Origin: Octopus sinensis
Taxonomy: Eukaryota
Assembly (NCBI RefSeq): GCF_006345805.1
Contig: NC_042998.1
Coordinates: forward strand, 189,162,001-189,226,000
Reading direction: 5' to 3'
DNA length: 64,000 nucleotides
Position numbers and translations under genes: made by a program. Below, in pieces: positions 37,921 through 50,753 of this stretch. A model generated the notes under the pieces. It saw nothing but the letters and a program-made list of their open reading frames with translations, did no database searches and was not told the DNA's origin. The number at the start of each line of letters is the position of its first letter. The stretch's first letter is position 1.

Positions 37921-38721
37921 CAGCCGGATAATAGGATCAGAAGAAGTTCTAGTCTAAAAATCTATAAAGAATTAATGGCAGAAAAGAGCGACGATTTTCT
38001 CTGAAAAGGTTTAAGCGTTGACGAAAACGAATTGGATAACCTGTTCCAAAAGACTTTCCGGTCACGGCCTACTATGGATAACTTTAAAAATCCTGGATCG
38101 AGTATTGGTAACGAGGAGTGCTCTAATCAGGAGGCCTTAGCCACTCAGACCAATACCAGGTCACGGACCAGTACTGGACCGTGGACCAGTACTGGCAATT
38201 CAACAAGAAACCAATCTGAAAACCGTAACTTATAAAACGATAGTAATAAAAGGCTAGAAAATAGAGCAAACGACACAGCAGTAAAGGCACCAAATCGCAC
38301 GTCGCTACAGGAAAAAATATGGCACGGTAAAAGTGAGAATCCCGACTGAGGATGAGGTCAGTAAGCTCTCCCCAACAGCACTAATGAGTGACGAACTACT
38401 CCTCATACGAATCTACTTTGTCTAAATAATAGTAAGGATAAAGATTGTCGATGTGCCCTTAGAAGTAACCATCTTCTGGTTGATAGTTTTAATTCTCTTC
38501 GAAATAGGGGACATAACTAACATTCTTCAGCTCCGAGTGTTGCGGAAACAAAAATGGTCTGGTTCAGGGATGGATCTACTGATCCAAATGGATCAAGCAA
38601 TATGGGTCCATCCTGGACCTGATAAATCTGCCATATGGCAGAAAACTGTTGAAACTTAAAAGGCAAGGTGCTATTTGCGTAGTGGCTCAAACGATCTTAA
38701 TGTTTTCTGCCTACATCAAAG

Positions 38722-38907
38722 GAGAAGAGAAACAAAACCACCACTTCTACCGATACCGTCGCCACAACTGTAACAGCACCGGAATTTAAGAGGGGAAGTG
38801 TGAGTCTTGACCATGACCCATCTGAACACCCAGCAACTACCAACACCGAGGAAAACATTGATCGTGTTCATCACATGGTGCACATCCTGCAACTCTCAGG
38901 AATGTGA
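38722..38907 (+). CDS. Candidate fourth exon of the IGFBP gene, 5' part fused in frame to a mariner fragment
   Basis: TTTTCTGCCTACATCAAAG acceptor, phase 0. EKRNKTTTSTDTVATTVTAP runs into EFKRGSVSLDHDP...TTNTEENIDRVHHMV and stops at 38905-38907. Confidence 0.55.
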   Translation, partial: EKRNKTTTSTDTVATTVTAPEFKRGSVSLDHDPSEHPATTNTEENIDRVHHMVHILQLSGM

Positions 38908-40154
38908 CGAAATATCGTTTATTTTTCAACATTGTCCCCTTGCGGCCCACACACTTCTGTCATCGGTATTGCAGTGCCTGGACCCCATTCGTGAAGATCC
39001 TTTCGTTCTGTTGGTCAAAGATGTCATCAACAGCGGATATCTCGTCGAAATAGGGGACATAACTAACATTCTGCAGCTCCGGGTATTGTGGAAACAAAAA
39101 TGGTCTAGTTCAGGGATGGATCTACTGATCCAAACAGATCAAGCAATATGAGTCCATCCTGGACCTGATAAATCTGCCATATGGCAGAAAACTGTTGAAA
39201 CAAGTGTTTTTCATGTTGTGGAACAGATTAAACTAGATGGAATCAAATCAGGAGAATGAGAAGGGTGATCAACTGGTTCAAAGCCACAGTCACACATATC
39301 AGCCATTGAAACCAACGACTTGTGTGCTGGAGCACTGTCCTGAATAAACACGACCCCTTTCATCGGTTTTCCTGGGTGTTTGGTCTTGATAACCTTTCGT
39401 AACTGCCTCAGCAAGTTGGCGTAATACTCTCCATTGATGGTGTTGCCCTTTTCAAGGTTCTTTGGAGCAGATGAGGAGGAGTGTTTCCACTACATGGATT
39501 ATTGCTTTGACTCTGGTTCAAAGTGATGAACCCAACACTCATCCTGGGTTAGAAAACGTTCAAGGAAACCAGCTGGATCTGCCACAAATGATGTCAGACT
39601 TTTTCGCGATGTGATCAGCCTGGTGTGCTTTTGATCAGGTGTGAGCAGAAATCTTCACCAATATTAAGTTCATTGTGAAGAATATTCTCAACTCTCTCAA
39701 GAGATAGCTAATAGGATTGGTCATTTGGCTTATAATCAAACGCTTGTCATCTATCACCTGTGACGAATACGATCAATGTTTTCCTCGGGGTTGGTAGTTG
39801 CTAGGTGTTCGTACGGGTCATGGTAAAGACTCACGCTTCCCCTCTTAAATTCAGCTGCCCACTTTTACACTGAAGCATCATCCCCTAATGTAGCAAGCAT
39901 ATCAGCATGAATATTGTTGGGGCCTTGACCCTTTTTCTGCAGGTACTTGATAACACCACGATGCCAAATTTTGTTCATTTCAAGAGAAGTCGCTACTAAT
40001 TACTTTTTGAAGTCTTCTTTGAACAGTCAGAATTCAATTTAACTGGAAATAATGCACTTATTATCAAGAAATGTTGAAATTAATGCATGCAAGATTTCAC
40101 AACTCCAGCATCACTTCTTCATAGTGAGCCTAAGAACTTCTCAGCCCACCTTCA
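38781..40154 (-). mobile_element. Rearranged mariner (DD34D-type) element
   Basis: Minus strand LRQLRKVIKTKHPGK...QDSAPAHKS...HPSHSPDL. TIR-like end ...TCAGCCCACCTTCA|TA at 40154. The other end is replaced by an inverted internal piece at 38782-38874. Confidence 0.85.
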
Positions 40155-40979
40155 TAAAGCAGCAGCACCAACGGCAGCATGCAGTCACAACAGCAACAAT
40201 GGCAGCAACTGCAACAATAAAACAAGCAGCGAAAGTAGTAGTAGTAGTAGTAACAACCAAACAGCAGCATCAGCGGCCGCGACAACAACAACAGAACCAG
40301 CACAAACAGCGGCGTCAATAGCAACGAAAACAACTAAATGAACAGAGTCCTCAAGAACCATCACATCACCAACCGAAACAGTAACTGAAAGCCCACAAAC
40401 ATTAACAAAACAAAAAGATAATGACTCCCTAATATATGCCACTCCCCGCTTAGAACCAATCAGATATGTCCTGTGAAGAAGGTAACGGAGCAAATAGCAA
40501 CAGGTAACAAAAAAGAAAAAAGGAAAAGTGAAAACTTATGCCAACGCAAAAAAGTGGGTTGCAAAACACATGGAAGAAACACCAATGCAACCAACACTAT
40601 CATCAGTATACTATCGTCATTCATTTCAACCTCACACAGAGACAACCGTCATCACAAGCGCCAACAAAACCCCGTGGACATACAAACCAAGGACAACTGC
40701 TAAGAAGCTTTATGAATTACAGTGCCGTAAATGCAAAAAGCATTGAGTTAATAAAAACAAATACATCAACATTACTCAGAATGATTTCATCTCACCAACA
40801 AATAGCTCGCCAACATCCAAATCGCTCAAAATATATACAACACCATGGAAAACAAATACCCCGATGGTGGTACACGAGACTTTGGAGGGATTATAATAAT
40901 GGATTTTGCAAAGCATTGATTGTGAAAACCCCTACAACCAGCCGGAGGGACGAAACACCTGTCCCTCTATAGGATTAAA
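40155..40979 (+). pseudogene. Decayed 3' part of the Thr-rich fourth exon
   Basis: One frame of about 274 codons is Thr/Ser/Pro-rich with stops at 40339, 40474, 40483, 40495, 40744, 40894 and 40897. Ends at donor AA|GTAAGG. Confidence 0.6.
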
Positions 40980-41026
40980 GTAAGGGATACGTTTTCACTT
41001 TCCTCATTCTGTTAGACATGGCCTTG

Positions 41027-41412
41027 TGGAGGCGCAATGGCCCAGTGGTTAGGACAGCGGACTCGCGGTCGTAGGATCGCGGTTTCGATTCCCAGACCGG
41101 GCGTTGTGAGTGTTTATTGAGCGAAAACACCTAAAGCTCCACGAGGCTCCGGCGGGGATTGTGGTGATCCCTGCTGTACTCTTTCACCACAACTTTCTCT
41201 CACTCTTACTTCCTGTTTCTGTTGTGCCTGTATTTCAAAGGGCCGGCCTTGTCACTCTCTGTGTCACGCTGAATATCCCCGAGAACTACGTTAAGGGTAC
41301 ACGTGTCTGTGGAGTGCTCAGCCACTTACACGTTAATTTCACGAGCAGGCTGTTCCGTTGATCGGATCAACCGGAACCCTCATCGTCGTAACCGACGGAG
41401 TGCTTCCATTCC
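41027..41412 (+). mobile_element. SINE family C, tail type 3
   Basis: Same head and core with tail CCTTGTCAC...GAGAACTACGTTAAGGG...AACCGACGGAGTGC. 13-bp TSD AGACATGGCCTTG at 41014 and 41413. Confidence 0.9.
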
Positions 41413-41559
41413 AGACATGGCCTTGCTCAGAATAAGCGGCATAAATGCTTGTGACCTAGGGTCACTTGGAAGCATCTGCTCAATGGCGTCAGATATAGAT
41501 GCATAATGCTCATCAGCAAGATCAGAGTTTCCGATCTCCGCGATCCCTTGTTCATTTTC

Positions 41560-43765
41560 GGTTGCTACGGTAGTGCACTGCCTACCTCGACGGACTACCG
41601 TGTCTCTCAGAAAGAGAGGTGAGATGTTACGAAAAATTCCTAACAGCCACGGAAATACGGGAATCGATAGTTGGAAGAACGGCGTGTTTGGATGGTCTAC
41701 CCTACGTGTTTTACTTTTGAATGCCAAATTTGTTTCAAGACCTTTTGCTAAACACCTACCACAATTGACAGCAGATCAGGAAAATTCCAAGTTCCGTGAG
41801 TCGAAGAGCAGTGGCGTTACTGAGAAAGGACCCAAGCAGGGGGGATCACAATGATAATCTTAACTGGTGATGCGCAAACATGCGCTTCCCGTACATATCT
41901 GTCTACGATGACCTCCAGCTCACGCAGGACATCACAGAGAGGGTTGGTAACGAGCCAGTTATGGGTGGGGTCCTGATCAAATTATATCAATCAAAACTTT
42001 TGATCGGGTCGACTACCAATACTTGGTGTCTCTTCTCACGGGGGTCGGTTTCAGTCTCGTCTTCCGCAGTTCGATCGCTGCAATGTGCAGCGACATCTGC
42101 TCGGTGGTGAGAGTGATTGGCCACTTATTGGAAGCATTCAGTATCATGCGCTTGGTCTCCCAAGGTTGTCCTTTCTCGTCACTTTACGTACTGACTCTTG
42201 AGTTACTATTCGCGAAACTAAAGACGTCGGGCAACATCCCGCGCGAACTAGGGTGTGGAAGAACCATGTCAGCATACATGGACGACATCATCATCTTTCT
42301 CTCAGACACCAGGCACATCGAGGCGAACGGCACTGCATTAAGGATTAACGAGGCAGTGAGAGGAGGAAAATTCAATGCGCCTGCTGCTCAGCACCTGGAT
42401 AGGCAAGTCCATGCCGTCCAAGAGCATTGGACAGATGATCAAATGGAGAAGAACTGAGACAAGTGACAATCAGAATGGCGAATCTCACCTAGAGATGGGT
42501 CGAGAGAAAGCTATCCCTGAAAGGTTGGGCAGAAATGATCACTGAATGACCAGGCAGATGTGGTGAACGCTTACATCTCCATTTTATATTATCACCTGGC
42601 CATCGTGCGTCTCACTGGACTTGATCGCCAGGTTTTCCGCTTTCTGAGGAAGGGACACGTTCACTGATCAGACGCTCCATTTCTTGTCAATATCCGCAGA
42701 TGATAGTGTGTAGGTTTGCGCCAAGACTGCTACCCTTTCAGAGTTTCCTTGACGGTGAGTAAATATGATCACCGTTTGCCTAACTCGCTTTTCCACAGCT
42801 TGTATTTTTAACAGAACTGGATCAAGCCTAGACCGAGGCAGAACACCTGGGACCTTGAATATTGTCAGGCGCTTACAATCGACCAATGCGGTTATTGTAA
42901 GTTTCACTTTAGCGCTCTATGGAAGATTAGTGGCAGTAAAAGTCTGGACGTCGAAGAAAATAAGCCGGTCTGTTTCGGAAGACTTTTAGATCATGACTCA
43001 TGGATAATTTCCAGAAATCTATAGCCTGGCTGTGCTACTGAGGGAGTGGGGCGCATTGCTGGTTCGAGACAAAATGACAGTGTCATCAGCCGGGCCTGTC
43101 CGAAATGCGTGCAGAGTAACGAAACTGTTCTGAACGCATATATCCAGTGCCCGAGCATTGCTGACTTGTGAAGTTCTGTCGAACATCTGCTTTCGCGTCT
43201 AGGATGGATCCGGCTATCTACTGAGTTCACTGTGAAGATCGCCCTGTCGCTTTCTTTTGGTTGGGAAGAGCAGGCAGTTGTGTCTGGCGGTCTTAATGAA
43301 AGAGTTTGTGTAGTGGACTGGATGAAAAGGGCTAAAGACCGGCACTTTCCTATTAGCAAAGCCCTCATCATTTTTTTTCAAGTTACACTTGAAAAGAAAA
43401 GTGTGATTGAAGAGTGAAGTACTATCTTTCAGCAAATTTGTTGAAAGGTGAATGATAGTGGCAAGGTTGATCCGAGCGCACAGGCTTGCTCTGAGCATGC
43501 GCATGTGGAGTGAGGTAGGAGGTTAGGGAGAGAGTACTTGCCCTAGTGGTCAGAGTGACTGGTTTTGTGAGGGTTTCCACGAACAGTCCTCGGAAGTCTC
43601 CATCTTTACACTCTTTTGGGAAATTATTTCTTGTTTGAACCTTTTTACTTCTTCTTTTCTGTTATTTTACTGTCTATGCTTTTATGTAACCCCCAAATTG
43701 TATTGTACCGTCCTGTACTGTCCCCCATCTCTTCGTAAATCCTTAGTGGTTAATAAAGAAATCCT
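41560..43765 (+). mobile_element. Decayed Tx1/L1-clade LINE
   Basis: SQGCPFSSLYVLTLELL, SAYMDDII and FFQVTLEKK motifs across frameshifts. 3' end CCTTAGTGGTTAATAAAGAAAT followed by (CAT)n. Confidence 0.85.
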
Positions 43766-43805
43766 CTTCTTCATCATCATCATCATCATCATCCATCATC
43801 ATCAT

Positions 43806-43867
<62 letters not shown>

Positions 43868-43869
43868 TA

Positions 43870-43917
<48 letters not shown>

Positions 43918-44489
43918 GTGGTCGTCGTCGTCGTTGTCATCGTTGCTGTTGTTTTAAACTTTTTAAGGAAAGTATTTTTACACTTAGAATGCATAGATTT
44001 GTATTGGAACGTTACTCGTATTAAATTGTGTTTGAATATTGTATACATACTGTGTGTGTGTGGAGAGAGAGAGAAAGAGAGAGAAGAGGAGACAAAGAGG
44101 AAGTAGAGGAGGTATTAATCTACATTAACAGCTGTTCCCCTTAAGAATCGTATGAAAAAAAATGACATCGTTATTCTCTGGCCTTGTTTTCATCAAAATA
44201 TATTGCTGGGATAGGGACAGCCAGGAAATATGTTTGTCCCTACATAAAGTTATAGACAATTAGCAGGGACTGAGATTTTGGGGCTCACTTGAAGACTTCA
44301 GTTCCACAAGGATCTAATTACTGTTTTATTTTCATTCTGATATGTCTTCGTATATCTACTAAACAAAACAAAATAAAATGTTAGGTCATTAAAAAATTAA
44401 CACATAAAAATACATACACACATACATACGTGCATACATACATATATATATGTGCACACAGACATATATACATACATACATGCATACAC

Positions 44490-44576
<87 letters not shown>

Positions 44577-44956
44577 TTAAATAATTATTACCTTTGTATG
44601 GTATTTATTCCCATGCTGGCCATTTGATAATATCGATATTATCCTTATTTATATATATATACATACACACATATACTTAAATACGTATGTGTGTGTGTAT
44701 GTATGTATGTATGTATGTATGTATGTATGTATGTATGTATGTATGTATGTATGTATGTATGTATGTATGTATGTATGTATGTATGTATGCATGTATGTAT
44801 TATACCCACCCATAAAAGAATAAACCAATGACAGAAACCTTTAAAATTGTACAACAGACAGATGTTCCAACACCATTTCCAACTCTTTACCTCTTGTCCA
44901 GTCAACATGTTACAAGATAATTCCAAAGTATTAAATCATAGTTTTGTATTTTTCAG

Positions 44957-45002
44957 AAACCGCCGGCGATCCATTACCGACCTTCAAAATGGGCGTATTT
45001 AG
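44957..45002 (+). other. Candidate next or terminal exon of the IGFBP gene (ancestral model)
   Basis: GTTTTGTATTTTTCAG acceptor. A phase-2 join from 40979 gives KNRRRSITDLQNGRI*. Another frame is also protein-like, so the frame is uncertain. Confidence 0.25.
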
Positions 45003-45344
45003 TGAGACGATTTGGGCCGAGGGAAGATTTAAACTAGAAGAGTATTGACCTACACTCAATTTTTCTGATATGAATTTTGACTTCATCTACTATGCATTCT
45101 TCAGTAACCGTATATAAATAATGGACTATATACCGTCATATATCATATATATTCGTATATTATATTCATATCAATATTTATACATTTAGCGGCCTTTTGC
45201 CATTTAAAGAATTTTCAGTATTTATACATGCATAATGGCATAAACGTAGAGAAAGAAGCAAAAAGATTACATTATAATTTCGTTTCTTATTTGAACCAAT
45301 CCTGCTGTTAAATCAACTGAAAATATCATCCATATATATTCTCT

Positions 45345-45535
45345 TTTACTCTTTTACTCTTTTACTTGTTTCAGTCATTTGACTGCGGCCATGCTGGAGC
45401 ACCGCCTTTAGTCGAGCAAATCGACCCAGTACTTATTCTATCGGTCTCTTTTGCCGAACCCATAGTGACGAGGACATAAACACACACCAGCATCGGTTGT
45501 CAAGCAATTCTAGGGGGACAAACACAGACACACAA

Positions 45536-45568
<33 letters not shown>

Positions 45569-45740
45569 CATATATACGACAGGCTTCTTTCAGTTTCCGT
45601 CTACCAAATCCACTCATAAGGCATTGGTCGGCCCAGGGCTATAGCAGAAGACACTTGCCCAAGATGCCACGTAGTGGGATTGAACCCAGAACCATGTGGT
45701 TGGTTAGCAAGCTACTTACCACACAGCCACTCCTGCGCCT
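45345..45740 (-). mobile_element. SINE family B
   Basis: Full reverse copy ending ...CACAGCCACTCCTGCGCC. Confidence 0.9.
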
Positions 45741-45834
45741 ATATATATATAATTTTTAAATCTTCGGACTTTTTTTAAATCTTTGGATTTTTTTTTAATA
45801 TGCTAGACCACTGGTTTAAATTGATGTATATATA

Positions 45835-45867
<33 letters not shown>

Positions 45868-46091
45868 CATACATATACACTCATGCTTTGGGTTCTACTT
45901 TCCTGCTGGCATCACCAAACCTATACATACATACATACATACATACATACATACATACATACATACATACATACATACATACAAAAAAGAGAAGTACAAA
46001 TGTCAATAAATGTGACTAGGGTATTAGGAAACACCTACATTACAAGAACTAAGAGCTAAATCGCGATATATATATATATATATATATTATA

Positions 46092-47264
46092 TATAGGTAA
46101 ACAGTAAAAATAATTACAGACATGGACAAGAACATGAAACACCACAGAGACGACACAAGAACCACAGGACGGGACATTCGAAGCCCTCAGTCATCAGTCA
46201 AGAACCAGATCATCTTAGCAATTTCGGCTGATTAATCTTGAGATTGCTCCGATATGGCCAGCCCGTCAAGGGAAATCTAAGCCAAGCGCATTAGATCCCC
46301 TGGAAGAAAGCTTCGAATGTATACAACACGAGGACGGAAAACGAACGAAGTACACGAACAAAAATACAGAATACGTGACACCAATAAGAATACAAAAACG
46401 TAAAAACAATAACGGTAAAAATAAAAAATAAACAACAAAACAAAACCAGGACGTAGGACAAGGGTCTTTCGACAGGACGAGTTGAGTATGGGGCTGGCTT
46501 GTGAAGTTGTGCCTAATGGCCGCAGGGAGACGAACAAATACGTGTTGCTTCTGCGACTGCTGAAACGAAAAGAGCGCTCAACAGCGGCTAGCGGTCACGT
46601 GAGAACAAAAGACAGGAGAAAGGGACAGATGAAAAGAGAGAGAAGGTGGACGAGGGAGGAGAAGAAAGAGACAGATCGAGGGGCTGGAGGTGAGAGAGAT
46701 AGAGAAACGTAGAAGGGGGGGGGGGGAAGACGGATGGAGAGGGAAAGAAAGGAAGGGGAATAAGGGAGGAGAGAGAGAGAGAGAAAGAGACAGATTAAGA
46801 GTCGTATCAATGCTAGAGAAAAAATATACTTATCGTATAAGGACAATTGTGGATACGTAGCCGCCGATTATATAGGTAAACAGTAAAAATAATTACAGAC
46901 ATGGACAAGAACATGAAACACCACAGAGACGACACAAGAACCACAGGACGGGACATTCGAAGCCCTCAGTCATCAGTCAAGAACCAGATCATCTTAGCAA
47001 TTTCGGCTGATTAATCTTGAGATTGCTCCGATATGGCCAGCCCGCCAAGGGAAATCTAAGCCAAGCGCATTAGATCCCCTGGAAGAAAGCTTCGAATGTA
47101 TACAACACGAGGACGGAAAACGAACGAAGTACACGAACAAAAATACAGAATACGTGACACCAATAAGAATACAAAAACGTAAAAACAATAACGGTAAAAA
47201 TAAAAAATAAACAACAAAACAAAACCAGGACGTAGGACAAGGGTCTTTCGACAGGACGAGTTGA
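46092..47264 (-). mobile_element. Penelope-like element with two 394-bp direct repeats (pseudo-LTR type) in (TA)n
   Basis: 46092-46485 and 46871-47264 differ at one position I could see. 385-bp spacer, (TA)n on both flanks, CTGATGA on the minus strand. Confidence 0.6.
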
Positions 47265-48357
47265 TATATATATATATATAAAGTGCACACACATACACAT
47301 GGTCAAATAAATGTATCCACGTGACTGTCACTGTATGAAATTATTGAAAATTTTTAGGAATAAATTATCATTTAATTAGTTACTATGATGCGTTATTTAT
47401 TTAATAATCCGGCGTTATTTTCATTGCTGTATTTCAACCAATAACTTGTGGATAAGCTGTGAAATTAGGCCCCTGTAATCTGCTTTTTACTCTTTTCCTT
47501 TTAGCCTGGAGCAAGAGACTCTATTTGTGCCCTTCGCGGGCCTCCTGATGTTCTGAGAAGGAAGGGACCTAATGGGTAGGGCAATTCGTGGTGGTGCTGG
47601 TGGGCTGGGAACATTATGGTGACGAGGTGAGGAGGAACAAGTCAGTCAGATGTGCCTGAATTGCAGTAACTCGAGAGTAGCTAGCTGCGAGGAGTGGAGG
47701 TCATTATAGTGGTGATAGAAAAGAGAGAAAGAGTGTCCATCATTGACAAGACCAAACTAGGTCGAAATCACGTGATCTGTTCGTCTCTGCGCTGGAAGTA
47801 GCTGGAACTTATCTCCCCGCTAGCGATATAAACATGAGAGCACTTTGCACCAGAAAGCCAATACGAAAGTTCCTCTCGTGGTAATTACTGCAGTAAAGTT
47901 TATGATATAATGATATAATGAAATTATTGTATACAGTGCTCAGGTGCACCACATCTTGTCAGAAAGTGCGTATAAAGTATAAAGTATATGCAGTAATGGT
48001 CAGAAAGTGCGTATAAAATATATGCAGTTTATTTTAATAGAACATCCACGTTCAAATGCGGGTAAATATTACTTCTAACCTAAACAAGAGACAAACTAGT
48101 AGCGCAAAAGAAACGTCTGAAAACCAAATGACCGGCTGCAAAACATCCTTAACTGACTGCCAAATACATACAAAATTATTTCCTTTCATAAATCTATTTG
48201 ATTCTCTGTGCCTGAGCTCATAATAAGATTGTAACATACGAAAACAGTTGAAAGACAACCCTGATAGAACACTAGCGTATCTCATGTAGCTTTTCCCAGG
48301 GCTAATGCTTTATTCAGTACTTGTAAGTCAAAGAATTATCCGTCTGTTTTACAGGCG

Positions 48358-48667
48358 TGGAGGCGCAATGGCCCAGTGGTTAGCGCAGCGAACTCGCTGT
48401 CGTAGGATCATGGTTTCGATTCCCAGACCGGGCGTTGTGAGTATTTATTGAGCGAAATCACCTAAAACTCCACGAGGCTCCGGCAGGGGGTGGTGGCGAT
48501 CCCTGCTGTACTCAACTTTCGCCACAACTTTCTCTCACTCTTTCTTCTGTAGGCCTGCTCGCTTAGCCAGCGGGGTGGCGTCATTTGAAGGCTAAAACAA
48601 TGCGAAGCGCATTGTGACCAGCGATGTGTGGCAACATCTGATAGCCTGGTCGGTCACGTGATCACGT
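48358..48667 (+). mobile_element. SINE family C, tail type 1
   Basis: Same layout as the 9596-9913 copy. TTTTACAGG is repeated at both flanks. Confidence 0.9.
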
Positions 48668-49264
48668 GATTTTACAGGTAGCCTAAAGTTTTATCTCAAA
48701 TTTCAGCACCATCATAAATATGATTCGGAATATACAACAGGTTTTAAAGAGAAGTGAGTTCTGATGTTCCAAAGAAGGGCTTGCGCGAGACGTAATATGA
48801 AGTTATCTAATTTTAATTTTTTTTATTTTACCGACGTAAACAGTATTTGCATTTTTAAGTATGAACATGTCACATCAAAGTGAGGTTGGTGATTTAAATA
48901 ACAATTTCGAACAGAAAAGAGCAATTTTAAAGTAAGCATAACACAAACAGAGTTAGTTAATAGAAAATATAGCATCATGATATCATTTGACTTTTCTAAA
49001 ACGTTACAGGTTGCACTGTGCATCAAAATCCGTTCATAAATTGATATTAGAAACTGCACAATGCAGCATAGATTTTTATCGAAGCATAATTCAAGGGAAA
49101 TAACTCTTTTCAATAGTAATTTTTGGATTAAAATATAGTGAGGGAGGGTGACGCACGGACTGAGAGACAGACAGGCATACAGGCAGACAGACAGACAGAC
49201 AGACAGACAAATAGACAGACGGACGGACAGACAGACAGACAGACAGATAGACAAACAGACAGAT

Positions 49265-49331
<67 letters not shown>

Positions 49332-50332
49332 TTTGGGAGAGTAAACAGGAAAAATAAAATTCAAAACATGAGTGTATATATGTTTTTATATTAAAAATCG
49401 ACAGAAGTTAGAGTGACTCAAAGCCGAGGGTTTCGCACAATTTCTTTTTTTTTTTTTTGTTGTTTTTTTTGTTTTATTGGAATAAAGTAAGAATAAGTAC
49501 TACATGCCGTAAACAATACAAATCATTTCATTCATAATTAGCAGCATAAACGTGAATTTTGAATTCTTAAACGCAATATACCATTTAAAAGAGAGAAAAA
49601 CTGAAGAAGATATTTCGGCGGAGTTTCGGAATAGCTCACAGAGAGATGAGTTGAAGTTTCGCCGTTTTCGCCCAGATTTTTCAAATCTTTTTTCTTTTTC
49701 TTTTTCTTTTTGCACGACTCCCAAGTGACGAGAGGAAGCCTTTCATAATTGTTTTTTAATCCAAACTGTTCTTCTCACCACTCCACATCTTCATAATAAA
49801 AGAAATCATTAAAAATCTTTTTTTTTTTTTCGCCACCCCTACTTCCTATTATTATATTCCATATTCTGAAATATATGTGATACAAATTTTTAGAATAAAA
49901 AAATTGTTTAAATCAATATATTTTGTTTTAAATGTAAATTCCAGACGTTTCAGAATGTAGAATATAAAATATAACAAAAAAAAATTTTTTGGTGGTTGCT
50001 GTTTGATGGTAGGGATGCATTCAAAACGTGGATTTAATATTTTTTTCTTTATTTTTTTTTTTTTTTCCTCTAACTTCCCTCTAAAACTTTAAACGACATA
50101 CATTTCAGACTATGAAATATAATAAGACGAGTAAAGGGAATTTTTTTTTTTATGGTGATTTCTTTCCTGAAGGTATGGGGCAAAGTGGAAAGCAGTTTAA
50201 AAAGTTATGGATTTCTTTTTCTTTTTTTGTTTTTATCTAAAAGGCTCCACTACCACCACCATCAATCATTTTGAAATGCATGATGCAAGAAAAAAAATGA
50301 AAAATCACGGCGAAAACGCAGAAAATCCGACT

Positions 50333-50753
50333 CATACTCTTTACTCTCTTTTACCCTTTTATTTGTTTCAGTCATTTTACTGCGGTCATGCTGGAGCACC
50401 GCCTTTAATCGAACAACTCGACCCCGGGACTTATTCTTTTGTAAGCCCAGTACTTATTCTATCGGTCTCTTTTGCCGAACCGCTAAGTTACGGGGACGTA
50501 AACACACCAGCACCGGTTGTCAAGCAATGCTAGGGGGACAAACACAGACACACAAACACACATGCATATATATATATACATATATACGACGGGCTTCTTT
50601 TCAGTTTCCGTCTACCAAATCCACTCACAAGGCTTTGGTCGGCCCGAGGCTATAGTAGAAGACACTTGCCCAAGATGCCACGCAGTGGGACTGAACCCAG
50701 AACCATGTGATTGGTAAACAAGCTACTTACCACACAGCCACTCCTGCGCCTAT
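50333..50753 (-). mobile_element. SINE family B
   Basis: Full reverse copy. Confidence 0.9.

Noticed and set aside
40339-40899. Stop-codon recoding by A-to-I editing as the explanation for the 7 stops
   Set aside because: It needs many edits with no pairing partner seen, and the mariner insertion upstream already explains decay. Kept only as a test.
41027-41100. SINE heads as tRNA genes
   Set aside because: They have A and B boxes but no complete cloverleaf and continue into SINE bodies with TSDs.
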